Assembly: GCA_041690595.1 (NCBI GenBank)
Contig: JAWLHB010000006.1
Location: forward strand, 1-64,000
Direction: 5' to 3'
Length of the DNA stretch: 64,000 bases
DNA from: Lentisphaeria bacterium
Lineage (GTDB): Bacteria; Verrucomicrobiota; Lentisphaeria; JABSQK01; JAWLHB01
Shown: positions 48,667 through 58,430 of the stretch, in pieces
Layout of the letters: every line of letters starts with the position of its first letter
Position numbering within the stretch: the stretch's first letter is position 1
Translations under genes and position numbers: made by a program
The notes under the pieces: generated by a model
Told to the model about the DNA's origin: nothing
Seen by the model: only the letters and a program-made list of their open reading frames with translations
Database searches by the model: none

Positions 48667-49696
48667 CGTGTATATACCCCGTAATCAGTAGATCGGCGCC
48701 GAGGCGCCTGGTTTTCAGGTCGTGCAGGTCGATGGCCTGCTGAAGTGTATCCGGATCCGGTCCCGCAATCGCCGGCCGGCTATTCGCCCCCCCAAGCAGT
48801 TTCGGCGCATGAAAGAAGGCGACCTTGTCGATGCAGTCGGCCGCCAGCAGTGAACCAGCCAGCTCGCCGCCACCCTCCACGAGCAGCGCGGTTATCCCCT
48901 CGCTCCCCAGCTCCGCCAGCAAGCGCCGCCAATCATCCGCGGTTGGACAGTTGACCAATCGGGTCTCGGCCAGCCCGTCATGCAGGACGCGGGGATGATC
49001 GCCAAGCTTGCCGGAAGAGGTGGCGATGAGCCGAAGCGGCTGCCGCGGCCAGCCGTCCGGCTCGCGTACCACCAGTTGCGGATCATCACGGCGGACTGTT
49101 TCGCCGCCGACCATGATCGCATCCGCCCAGCGTCGCAGTCGCTGCACATGCGACCTCGCCTTTGGCCCGGTGATCCATTGGGATTGCCCGTTGTGTGTGG
49201 CGATCCGCCCATCCAGAGTCATGGCCAGCTTGAGTACAACAAAGGGACGTTTCTCGCGAATCCAGCAGAAGAAGGCTTCGTTCAACTCGGCGCAGGCAAC
49301 CGCCTCCACGCCGTGCTCCGCCTCAATCCCTGCCGACTGCAGCAGACCGAGCGCCCGGCCGGCATGGCTCGGATTCGGATCGAGCGTACCGATCACCACC
49401 CGCCGGATGCCTGCCGCGATGACGGCCTCCGTGCACGGCGGCGTCCGTCCATGCGTGGAGCAGGGCTCCAGTGTCACATGGAGCGTGCCGCCGCGAGCCT
49501 TGTCACCAGCTGCCGTCAGCGCATGCACCTCCGCATGGGGCTCCCCGGCGCGATGATGCCAGCCGCTTCCGACCACCTTCCCATTCGCTCCGACCACGAC
49601 GGCGCCCACCAGCGGATTCGGCGATGTCATGCCCCACCCCTTCGCCGCCAGCCGCAGGGCCTGCCTCATGTAGCTACCATCATTCTTCATGCGCAC
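48647..49696 (-). CDS. ribD: Bifunctional riboflavin-biosynthesis deaminase/reductase
   Basis: TSPNPLVG, HAE, TLEPC..HGRTPPC, KLAMTLDG, SQWIT, VEGG. Confidence 0.96.
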   Translation of the reverse strand: MRMKNDGSYMRQALRLAAKGWGMTSPNPLVGAVVVGANGKVVGSGWHHRAGEPHAEVHALTAAGDKARGGTLHVTLEPCSTHGRTPPCTEAVIAAGIRRVVIGTLDPNPSHAGRALGLLQSAGIEAEHGVEAVACAELNEAFFCWIREKRPFVVLKLAMTLDGRIATHNGQSQWITGPKARSHVQRLRRWADAIMVGGETVRRDDPQLVVREPDGWPRQPLRLIATSSGKLGDHPRVLHDGLAETRLVNCPTADDWRRLLAELGSEGITALLVEGGGELAGSLLAADCIDKVAFFHAPKLLGGANSRPAIAGPDPDTLQQAIDLHDLKTRRLGADLLITGYIHDVHRYS

Positions 49697-49697
49697 C

Positions 49698-51182
49698 TCA
49701 TCCCGGTTCAGGCCCGTACTGCTCGGGCACCTGGAACTGCAGGCGAACCTGCCGGTAAAGCGTCAGCATCTCCGCCAGCAGGCCCGCATGGGCGGGATCG
49801 TTGTGCAACGACCTCATCTCATGGGGATCCTCCTGAAGATCGAAGAGGTTGTACTCGGGTACCGTGTAGAAGTGGATGAGCTTGTAGCGGTCATTGCGCA
49901 CGCCATCGTGTTTCGCGACCCCGTGTCCGCCATGGTCGAAGTAGTGGTAGTAGAGATGGGTGTGAATCGTCTTGCCCTCGCGGATCACGGGCAGCATGCT
50001 CCTCCCGTGCATCTCCTCGGGAACGGGAATACCGGCTGCCTCGAGCAGCGTCGGCGCGTAGTCGATGTTCTGCACCATCTGCTCATAGACGCTCCCCGCT
50101 TCGACGACGCCCGGCCAGCGCATGAGCAGCGGCATCCGCATGGACTCCTCGAACATCCACCGCTTGTCGTACCAGCCGTGCTCGCCAAGGTAGAAGCCCT
50201 GATCGGAGCAGTAGACGACGAGGGTATCCTCGGCCAGGCCGCTCTCGTCCAGCCAGTCCAGGAGGCGCCCCACGTTGTCGTCAATGCCAGCAATGCAACG
50301 CAGGTAATCCTTCAGATACCGCTGAAGTGCCCAGCGTGTCATCTCGTCGTGGCTCAGGCGCTTGCGGCGCAACACCTCGTTGCGCGGCTCGTAGGCGGCA
50401 TCCCAGGCCGCGCGCTGGGCATCCGTCATCCGCTCCCGTTCCCCTCCCTTCAACATGCCCGGGGTAGCCTTCGGAAAGTAGTCCGCGTTCGGCCCCGCAT
50501 CCAGCACCTTCAGGTCGTAATCCATGTAGAAGTCGCGCGACACCTGCATCTCGTTCTGCTTCAGCACATCACTGCGATCGGCATAGTCGTCGAAGAGCGT
50601 CGGAGGCTCGGGAATATGCGCATCTTCATACAGGTCGAAGTAGCGGGGAGCCGGTTGCCAGGGACGATGCGGTGCCTTGAAGTGGCACATCATGGCAAAG
50701 GGACGACTGGCATCCCGCTGGTTCTGCAGCCAGTCCAGCGTGAAGTCCGTCGTCAGGTCAGTCACGAACCCCTCATGCCGGACGGTTCCCTCGGCGGTGA
50801 TGTAGTCGGGATTGTAGTAGTAGCCCTGCCCCGGCAGGATCTTCCAGTAGTCGAAGCCGGTCGGCTCCGAGTTCAAATGCCACTTCCCGACGAGAGCGGT
50901 CTGGTAGCCCGCCTGCTGCAGCAGCTTCGGATACGTATCCTGCGAACCGTCGAAACTCTCGCCAAGCGTCAACTGGCCGTTGACGTGACTGTGCTTGCCG
51001 GTCAGAATGCTGGCGCGACTGGGCGCACACAACGAGTTGCAGCAGAAGCTTTGGCGGAAGACTCCTCCCTCGCTCGCGATGCGGTCGAGGTTGGGCGTCT
51101 GGTTCACGATCGAGCCGTAGGCACCGATCGCCTGGCAGGCGTGATCATCCGACAGGATGAAAAGGATGTTTGGCTTCTTCAC
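49698..51182 (-). CDS. Formylglycine-dependent (Cys-type) sulfatase
   Basis: PNILFILSDDH, CAPSRASILTG, GKWHL, SDQG..LGEHG..DKR. Confidence 0.93.
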   Translation of the reverse strand: MKKPNILFILSDDHACQAIGAYGSIVNQTPNLDRIASEGGVFRQSFCCNSLCAPSRASILTGKHSHVNGQLTLGESFDGSQDTYPKLLQQAGYQTALVGKWHLNSEPTGFDYWKILPGQGYYYNPDYITAEGTVRHEGFVTDLTTDFTLDWLQNQRDASRPFAMMCHFKAPHRPWQPAPRYFDLYEDAHIPEPPTLFDDYADRSDVLKQNEMQVSRDFYMDYDLKVLDAGPNADYFPKATPGMLKGGERERMTDAQRAAWDAAYEPRNEVLRRKRLSHDEMTRWALQRYLKDYLRCIAGIDDNVGRLLDWLDESGLAEDTLVVYCSDQGFYLGEHGWYDKRWMFEESMRMPLLMRWPGVVEAGSVYEQMVQNIDYAPTLLEAAGIPVPEEMHGRSMLPVIREGKTIHTHLYYHYFDHGGHGVAKHDGVRNDRYKLIHFYTVPEYNLFDLQEDPHEMRSLHNDPAHAGLLAEMLTLYRQVRLQFQVPEQYGPEPG

Positions 51183-51275
51183 CGGGATTCTGCCTCCTGG
51201 GGTGCGGTTGATGTGGCAGCGACTACAGTAGCGGTCTCTCCGCTCAGCGCAATCGCAAATGTCCCCCGAAAAGCC

Positions 51276-52235
51276 TCAATTCACGGGCAGCCCCAACTGA
51301 CGGCGCAACTCCCGGTCCTCGGGGCTGTTGCGGTTCCAGTAGTCGAGCATCATGCTGTGGGTCCGCTCCGCGCTGGTTGTCAGAAGCCGCGAATCGCCGG
51401 CCGCGGCAGGCCCCGTCTCCTCCCAGCCTTCGATGACATGCGGAAAAGCCCGCCAGAAGCGAATCGCCAGGGTGCGTCCAAGCTCCGGGTAATGCAGCGT
51501 ATAGCGGCGCAGTGGCTCGCCATTCATCCCCCGGCCCTCCTCCTCCTCCAGGGAGGCCGTCACCCGCTCCGCCTGAATGGGGCGGTGGCTGAACCGTATG
51601 TAGAAGGTCGCCGGTATCATCCGCAGCTCCCCGACTGGAAGCGTATCCGGCGCGATGCGCAGACGCGTCCAGATGCCCTCTTCGGAATGGGGCGCCGCGA
51701 CCTCCTCATCCACATCCCCTTCGCTCTGAAAGTAGGAGAACTGGCGAACTCGGTAGAGCTTATCCTCCTGCAGGTTGAGCTGCGTCCATGTATGACCACA
51801 CCACTCCTGCGAGCTGGTCGTGATCTTGAGCGGCAGCGGAAAACGCTCCAGATCCAACGGCGCAAAGATCGAACTCATCATCTGGTAAGGATAGATGCCG
51901 GTGACGAAGGATTTGCTCACATTCAGCTTCAGAATGGCCTCCGCGCCATCGGCCTCCGGCGTCGATCCCTCGTATTTCACCTGCATGCCTGGGTCGAAGT
52001 TCTCGGTGACGAAGATCAGCACCGCATCCCCAGGATGCACCTCCCCATAGCGCGCCTGCGACAGCCGATACCGGCTGATCTCCGCCCCATGCGGATACCA
52101 GTAGTCCGCAAAACTGGTGGCATCCGGCAGTACCGACGCCATATCGGCGCCCTTGCCGCTTCCGCCCCCGGGCGAAACCGAGCAACCGCAAAGACCCAGC
52201 AGCAGGCTGGCGACGATAATCGATAGATGGTTCAC
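51276..52235 (-). CDS. Conserved hypothetical lipoprotein
   Basis: GGGGAG RBS, GTG start, lipobox LCGC; YW..G.AEI..Y.L.QARYGE, IFVTE.F, SSQEWCG. Confidence 0.7.
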   Translation of the reverse strand: MNHLSIIVASLLLGLCGCSVSPGGGSGKGADMASVLPDATSFADYWYPHGAEISRYRLSQARYGEVHPGDAVLIFVTENFDPGMQVKYEGSTPEADGAEAILKLNVSKSFVTGIYPYQMMSSIFAPLDLERFPLPLKITTSSQEWCGHTWTQLNLQEDKLYRVRQFSYFQSEGDVDEEVAAPHSEEGIWTRLRIAPDTLPVGELRMIPATFYIRFSHRPIQAERVTASLEEEEGRGMNGEPLRRYTLHYPELGRTLAIRFWRAFPHVIEGWEETGPAAAGDSRLLTTSAERTHSMMLDYWNRNSPEDRELRRQLGLPVN

Positions 52236-52469
52236 GACAGACTCCCCAAAGACAGGATTGGCACTGATCACGATGAACGACTGATGACTTAGTATAGACG
52301 AGAACCCCGCCAATCAAAAGCCAATACCGGTACTGTGCATGCCGATGCGCCGCCTGCCGTGCAAACCCTCGCGAGCCTCTGGAGTGGAAAGCTTAGCCTT
52401 CAGAGGATATAGTGTGCCGTTCGGCGCCACTCGTACTTCCCCGCCACAAGACTCAGAGGGCCGTCTCAC

Positions 52470-53783
52470 GTGCTCGTCACCATTGCCAAGCTGCGCTGCA
52501 CCATGCTCCTGCTTGCGGCAGGGCTGAGCTGCATCGCTCAGGACTCGGTGCCACGCGAACGGCCCATGGAAGACAGCCTCTCCCGCATCGTCATCCTGAG
52601 CAAAGTCAATTCGCCGGCGGACCGCCTCCTGCTCAGCATCGCCTCGGAATGTGACCGCGAGCTGCGACGCATCACCGGGCGCCCTGCCCCGGCGCTCCCG
52701 CTCTACCTTATCCCCAACTCCGGGAACCGCGAACTTCGCCAGCGGCTCTGCTTCTTCGGCATTACCGATACCGCGAACCAGCTCCTGACCACCAACGAGG
52801 TGATTCGGGCCATCCTGTGGCGCCAGATGCTCGAGATCCGCCGCATCCCGATTGCGCACGACGAGATCCCGGCATGGCTGATAGCTGCCCTCCACCAGAA
52901 CATCCTGGAGAAGCGAACGGTCGAAGCAAGCCGCAACCGGTATGTGACCTGCCGGACTCTCGCCGAGGCCGAGAAACTGCCCCCCTATCAAAGCTTCTTC
53001 GACATACCCATCCAGCCCGAGCTGCCCCTCTTCTATCAGCTCTACTGCAGTGCGGCTGCCTGTGCGCTGCAGCTCCTCCGCGGCCCAATGCCCGATCTCC
53101 CCCTGCAACTGCTGATGAACCTCGATCCCAAAATGACCCCCTCCGAGCAACTGGCCGCCGTCATGCCGCAGCAGATGGGCGACAGCCGCCAGGCACAGCA
53201 ATGGTTCAACGACGAGCTGCGCAAGCTCGTCTTTCGCCTCGATCAGCCCGGCTCCTACGAAGGCACCCGCGAGAAACTGAACCAGATAGAGCGCATCACC
53301 GTCATGGTGCCGACTGAAGATGGCCGCTATGGTGTCAAGCAGATCCTGATCGACGAACTGCCCCTCTTTGTCGAGCAATACGATTACGGGCGATACAACA
53401 TTGCCAGCCTGATCCAGGAGATCATCTACCTGATGCACGACGCCCCCTACGTCCTCCGCAAGAGTCTGGGCGGCTACGTCAGCGCCTTCAACGCCCTGCG
53501 CCAGGGACGCATGGACAACTTCACCAATGAGATCCGCGCCGCACGCGCCGACTTCGAGAAGAACTACCGGTACGGCACCAGCATCGACGCCTATCTGGGC
53601 GAGCTGGAAGGCCGCACCATGAACTCCGGCAAGCGTCTCTTCCGCTACGTCAACACCGCCGATAACAACATGCCCCCTCTCGAATTCGAACAGCAGATCG
53701 ACGACTACCTCAAGCACCTGCTCGAAAGAGGCCATTCTCCCCCGACCCCATCGGGAGAAAAAGAACGCGGAGTAGGAGAATAG
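52470..53783 (+). CDS. Hypothetical exported protein
   Basis: 437-aa ORF with genome-typical codon usage and a signal-peptide-like N-terminus. No recognised motif. Confidence 0.65.
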   Translation: MLVTIAKLRCTMLLLAAGLSCIAQDSVPRERPMEDSLSRIVILSKVNSPADRLLLSIASECDRELRRITGRPAPALPLYLIPNSGNRELRQRLCFFGITDTANQLLTTNEVIRAILWRQMLEIRRIPIAHDEIPAWLIAALHQNILEKRTVEASRNRYVTCRTLAEAEKLPPYQSFFDIPIQPELPLFYQLYCSAAACALQLLRGPMPDLPLQLLMNLDPKMTPSEQLAAVMPQQMGDSRQAQQWFNDELRKLVFRLDQPGSYEGTREKLNQIERITVMVPTEDGRYGVKQILIDELPLFVEQYDYGRYNIASLIQEIIYLMHDAPYVLRKSLGGYVSAFNALRQGRMDNFTNEIRAARADFEKNYRYGTSIDAYLGELEGRTMNSGKRLFRYVNTADNNMPPLEFEQQIDDYLKHLLERGHSPPTPSGEKERGVGE

Positions 53784-54323
53784 ACTCCGCAGTCTTTATA
53801 CTTTAGGATCGTGAGATCCTGATGCGTTGAATAACCAGAGTTAGCTCTCCTACTCCGCATCGATAATGTAGAGCCCCCGCCCCACCGAGTCAAGCACTTA
53901 CCCCACGAGTTCCCTCGGACCCTCGCACCGCAAAAAGGGAAACTTGCGAATGGCCAACCGACGCTCTTCGACACCGAAAGGCACCCCGCAAGTCGCCGCG
54001 CAGCCAGAGTCGCAGCCAGAGTCGCAGCCAGTCCACGACATCGTCGGCACCAGGCCAATGGCCGAATCGGATGCCAGTCAGGTCGCGGTGATACTGTCAG
54101 CATGCTACAGACTGCTGGCCGAACGAGAGGGATTCTCGACGCAGCAGCTGGATCGTCTTCTGACGGAACGGTGTACAGCGTAAAGGCGGTTCCAATCGGA
54201 TAAACTTCACTTCGAATAGCCTAAAAAGCACGAATTATGGGTTTTCTTTTCAGCTTCAGTTACTTAACGTCAATGAAAGCATCATAACATCAATCTCCGT
54301 TATCATGAGTCACTTTCCATCAC

Positions 54324-54408
54324 CTTCGTGCTCTTCGTGTTCTTCGTGGTGATCCTAATAGCGTCAGATGTTGAAGCATGTGTCCATACCGTCCATACCG
54401 TCCATACC
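54324..54408. repeat. Two short 9-bp tandem repeats
   Basis: CTTCGTG(C/T)T x3 at ~54324-54350 and GTCCATACC x3 at 54382-54408. Confidence 0.7.
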
Positions 54409-54422
54409 CTGGCGGCGGGCCG

Positions 54423-55121
54423 TTACTCGACGACGGCATCCAGCGGCGCGGAAGGGGCGACGCTTTCCAGCCAGGTGTCGAGATGGATCAGCTCGATCTT
54501 CAGATCGTCGATCAGGATGATTCCCGTTTCTTCATCCGTCCATGAACCGGTGTTGAGGTAACGCTTGCGGCCGATGCGTTTGTCTTCGAGGTTGTGGACA
54601 TGACCGCAGGCAATCGCCTCGAACTCATGCTCATCGGCATACTCGAGCGCGTTGAGCCGTACGTTGCGGCAGAGAAAAGCATAGAGCGGTTTAAGCCGCT
54701 TGGCGGCTCTCGCCACGTGGACGGGGCGCGCCCCCAGTTTCATGCGCATCGCATGCAGCCATTGGAACAACTTGAGAAACCAGCGGTACCTCGGCATCAC
54801 GTTGTCGAAGCGATCGCCATGCAGAACCGCAAGTCGCCTTTCAATCGTCAGGCTCTCTACCGCGGTGATATGCTCGGGCGGAACGAAACCGTCGTCGTGG
54901 TTGCCCCGAACCCAGACTACCTCCCGCTGCCGGGCAAAGTCGACCAGCTCATCCAGAAGAGCCTGATGGTCGTCGGGCAATGGTGTCCGCGGTGCGTCGA
55001 GGGTATCGCCATTGAGGACCAGGCGCACATCCGGTGGGAGAGTGCGCAGGAACCGGCGAAAGCACTCGATCCGGAAGTAACGCGAGCCCAGATGCAGATC
55101 GCTGACTACAACGGTGCGCAT
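54423..55121 (-). CDS. Calcineurin-like metallophosphoesterase (LpxH-like)
   Basis: SDLHLG, LNGD, GNHD, HGD, CGHVH, NTGSW. Confidence 0.85.
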   Translation of the reverse strand: MRTVVVSDLHLGSRYFRIECFRRFLRTLPPDVRLVLNGDTLDAPRTPLPDDHQALLDELVDFARQREVVWVRGNHDDGFVPPEHITAVESLTIERRLAVLHGDRFDNVMPRYRWFLKLFQWLHAMRMKLGARPVHVARAAKRLKPLYAFLCRNVRLNALEYADEHEFEAIACGHVHNLEDKRIGRKRYLNTGSWTDEETGIILIDDLKIELIHLDTWLESVAPSAPLDAVVE

Positions 55122-55134
55122 GGCTGCCGGCCCA

Positions 55135-56106
55135 TCACTTCTGTCGCTCTTCCATTTTGGCTCGATCGGCAAGCTCCTTGAGCACACCGGTCACGGCATT
55201 CTTGAGCTTGGACGAAGATTCCAACGAGATGCTTTGAACCCGGTGGCTGCCGGGCAACGCGATCAGGGTCAGGGGCAGAAGCGGTGCTTCCAGCTGCCCT
55301 TTCAAGGTCTCCGCGTCGATGTGGTAGAGCGGAGCCTTGTCCGCACCGCGCCCCAGCGCCTGCCGGGCCGCGGCAAGATCCTTATCGACGGTCACCAGCA
55401 CGACCTCGAAATCGGCCTTCAGCAGCTCATCCCGCATGGCCAGCATCTGGGCGGCGGCGGCGCTGCTGGGCTTGTTCTGCGCAGACCAGAAGGTGAGCAC
55501 CATCCCCTTGTCGCGACTCATCTTCTGCAGGTCGACAGCCTTGCCGTCAGCCTGCACGACCTGAATCGGGGAAAGTTCCTTGTCCACGGCAGCAAAGAGC
55601 GAGCTCGAGCGAGAGGTACCGCCCCATCCTCTGACGGCTTCATAAAGCTTGTCGTAGGCGGCAATAATGGCCTCCGGTTCCGTCATCATCGCTTCCACTT
55701 GCGCGATCTTGTCCTTGTACCGCGCCTCCGCCTCCTCGCTCTTCTGCCGGTCCCGCTGATCCAGCAGCCGATTCTTGGCCTTGTACAGGCGATCGATATT
55801 GCTGCGCTCCTGACGTGTCTCCCGCTCAAGGGTCTCTTTCAGGTCCGTCACGGACTCCGCCACATCTTCCTTCAACTTCTCGATCTTCCGCACGGACGTA
55901 TCCCTGCCGCGCAGCTCATAGTCCAATTCCTGCGTGCGGATCTCCATCCGCGCCTTGTTGATATCCTCCAGCACACTCAACACGCCAGTAGGAACTTCCA
56001 GCGTCAGGACGCCAAGATCCGGCTCGTCCACCTTCTCGGCGGCATGACCAGTGAGGCTGAACGCGACCATCAGGGAGAGGATCAAGAGCAGGGACATTCT
56101 CATCAT
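55135..56106 (-). CDS. Exported coiled-coil + TlpA-like thioredoxin-fold protein lacking CxxC
   Basis: Signal peptide, coiled coil, then DGKAVDL...VLTFWSAQNKPS...VTVD...LPLT. Confidence 0.6.
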   Translation of the reverse strand: MMRMSLLLILSLMVAFSLTGHAAEKVDEPDLGVLTLEVPTGVLSVLEDINKARMEIRTQELDYELRGRDTSVRKIEKLKEDVAESVTDLKETLERETRQERSNIDRLYKAKNRLLDQRDRQKSEEAEARYKDKIAQVEAMMTEPEAIIAAYDKLYEAVRGWGGTSRSSSLFAAVDKELSPIQVVQADGKAVDLQKMSRDKGMVLTFWSAQNKPSSAAAAQMLAMRDELLKADFEVVLVTVDKDLAAARQALGRGADKAPLYHIDAETLKGQLEAPLLPLTLIALPGSHRVQSISLESSSKLKNAVTGVLKELADRAKMEERQK

Positions 56107-57422
56107 ATCACCTCGTAGGCTTCACCAACATCCTGGACTTCTTCCGCGCTCACCTGATACTCGGCGAGTTCACGGCGTGATTCGGGGGGAACAGACGCTT
56201 TGACAAAGATAGCCTCGCCGTTGTGCCGCTCGCTCAAAACCTTCGCCGTGCGATGCAGGTTCGCGACCAGCTCGTACCGATGCGGCGGAAAGCGGAAGTA
56301 CATCTGGGTCATCTCGTCCTGGATCAACTGCTGAGCCGCCGCAATCAGTTCATCCAGTCCTTCACCAGTATGCACGGAGATGAAATGTGCCTCTGGAAAA
56401 CGCCGCCTCAAGCGGAAAATCTCGAACGGCTGCTCCACCAGGTCGATCTTGTTGAAGACAGTCATCATCTCGCGAGGCTTGGCGCCGATCTCATCGAGCA
56501 CCTTCAGCGTCGTCTCGTAATGCTCCACGGCGCGATGGCTGCTCGCATCGACAATATGGATCAGAAAGTCGCCGATAGCCGCCTCTTCCAGTGTGGCCTT
56601 GAACGCTTCCACCAGATCATGCGGCAGCTTGCGCACGAACCCCACCGTATCCGTCAACAACAGCACCTGGTTGTTCGGCAAGCGCAGACGCCGCGTCGTC
56701 GGATCCAGCGTCGCAAACAGCTTGTTCTCCACCAGCACGTCCGACTGCGTCAAGCGGTTGAACAAGGACGATTTCCCGGCGTTCGTATACCCGACAATGG
56801 CCGCGTTGGGCACTGGCCGCTTCCGCCGCTGCTTACGCTGCTCCGCGCGACGCCGACGCACCGTCTCCAGCTCTTCCTTCAGTTTCACGATGCGGCGCCG
56901 CACCAGCCGCGCGTCCACCTCGATCTGCTTTTCACCTTCGCCACCGCGAATACCAAGGCCGCCCTGCTGCCGATGCAGGTGCGTCCAAGCGCGTTTCAGC
57001 CGCGGCAAGGCATATTCCGCCTGCGCCAGCTCGATCTGCAGCACCGCTTCGCGAGTCGACGCGCGCGACGCAAAAATGTCCAGAATGATCTCCTGCCGGT
57101 CGACCACCGTCATCCGCGCCACCTTCTCCCAATTGCGCTGCTGCGACGGGCTGAGTTCTTCGTCAAAGACGATCAGGTCGATCTCCTGCTCATGGCAGCG
57201 CTGTGCGATCTCTTCCGCATTGCCGGAACCGATGTAGAAGCGCGGCTGCGGTTTGTCGATGCGAACGATATGCTGATCGACGATCTCGGCGCCGTAGGTG
57301 TCCACCAGCGCGGCCAGCTCCTCCAGGTATTCCTCGACTTCGCGCTCTTCCTGTTGTCCCACACGCACGCCCACAAGCATGGCGCGGGTAGGCTTCTGTT
57401 GTCGTTCACGCAGGTCAAACAC
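56103..57422 (-). CDS. hflX: GTPase HflX
   Basis: ELSPSQQRN, GYTNAGKSS, LFATLDPT, DTVGF, FKATLEE, NKID. Confidence 0.96.
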   Translation of the reverse strand: MFDLRERQQKPTRAMLVGVRVGQQEEREVEEYLEELAALVDTYGAEIVDQHIVRIDKPQPRFYIGSGNAEEIAQRCHEQEIDLIVFDEELSPSQQRNWEKVARMTVVDRQEIILDIFASRASTREAVLQIELAQAEYALPRLKRAWTHLHRQQGGLGIRGGEGEKQIEVDARLVRRRIVKLKEELETVRRRRAEQRKQRRKRPVPNAAIVGYTNAGKSSLFNRLTQSDVLVENKLFATLDPTTRRLRLPNNQVLLLTDTVGFVRKLPHDLVEAFKATLEEAAIGDFLIHIVDASSHRAVEHYETTLKVLDEIGAKPREMMTVFNKIDLVEQPFEIFRLRRRFPEAHFISVHTGEGLDELIAAAQQLIQDEMTQMYFRFPPHRYELVANLHRTAKVLSERHNGEAIFVKASVPPESRRELAEYQVSAEEVQDVGEAYEVI

Positions 57423-57686
57423 GTGCAGTGGTTTCTCCGGATAGATTCGTAATCATGGGCTCGCCCGTTCAACAGGACTCTCGGATGGCCAGCTCCGACC
57501 TCCTGCCCCAGCTTTCCCCTCTTTCTATTACTATACACCACCCGATGGCCGGCGCACAGATGCCCCGCAAAATGCTTTGCCGCAAGATGTCTTCAGCGGC
57601 CAAAATGACGCGGCATGACTTGACGCGGCCGGACTTCGCGAGAATACTCTGGTAATCATTTCAATCGCCCATCGCGACAGGAGCTT

Positions 57687-58370
57687 ATGGAGTACCAGAA
57701 CGACCAGATCGCCATCGACGGACCCGCCGCCAGCGGCAAGAGCACCGTCGCCCGCCACCTTGCCCAGAGGTTGAACGCCTGCTACGTCAACACCGGAGAG
57801 ATGTATCGCACTCTCACCTGGGTTGTCCTGCAAAAAGGGCTCGATCCCCAGCAGGAGAGCGCCCGTATTGCCGCCCTTCTCCCCAACCTCGACATCGTCT
57901 ACAAGCCCGACCGCGACGGCAGACTGCACCTGATGCTCGACGATGCGCCGGTGGAGCCCTCGCAGATCCGCGCCCCGGACGTCACCGCGCACGTCAGCGC
58001 CGTCTCCAGAATCCCCGAGGTTCGCGAGTGGATGGTCGAGCGCCAGCGCGCCAGCAGCCAGTACGGCCTCATCGTCATGGAAGGGCGCGACATCGGCACC
58101 GTTGTTCTGCCCCATGCCCGGCATAAGTTCTTCATCACCGCGACGCCGATGGAGCGCGCCCGCCGGCGCCTGGCACAGGCCGGGGAAGTCGCCGATGGCG
58201 CCACTCTCGAATCCGTTGCCGCCGACATCGCCGAGCGCGATCGCATCGACAGCTCCCGCGAGATATCACCTCTGCGCCCCGCCGACGATGCCGTCATTAT
58301 CGATACCACCGAACTCTCCATCGAAGCCGTCATCGACCACGTCACTTCCCTCATCGAAAAGCATCGCTGA
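57687..58370 (+). CDS. cmk: Cytidylate kinase
   Basis: IAIDGPAASGKST, MYR, VMEGRDIGTVV, RD..D..R..SPL. Confidence 0.96.
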   Translation: MEYQNDQIAIDGPAASGKSTVARHLAQRLNACYVNTGEMYRTLTWVVLQKGLDPQQESARIAALLPNLDIVYKPDRDGRLHLMLDDAPVEPSQIRAPDVTAHVSAVSRIPEVREWMVERQRASSQYGLIVMEGRDIGTVVLPHARHKFFITATPMERARRRLAQAGEVADGATLESVAADIAERDRIDSSREISPLRPADDAVIIDTTELSIEAVIDHVTSLIEKHR

Positions 58371-58430
58371 AGAAGGCAGGGTGGCGTCGAGGCGCGGTGG
58401 AAGACGAAACGACACCGAAGAGGGTTCACC

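Noticed and set aside
53820..53850. Integron attC site (GTTAGC core)
   Set aside because: No complementary R'' box, no cassette array and no integron integrase.
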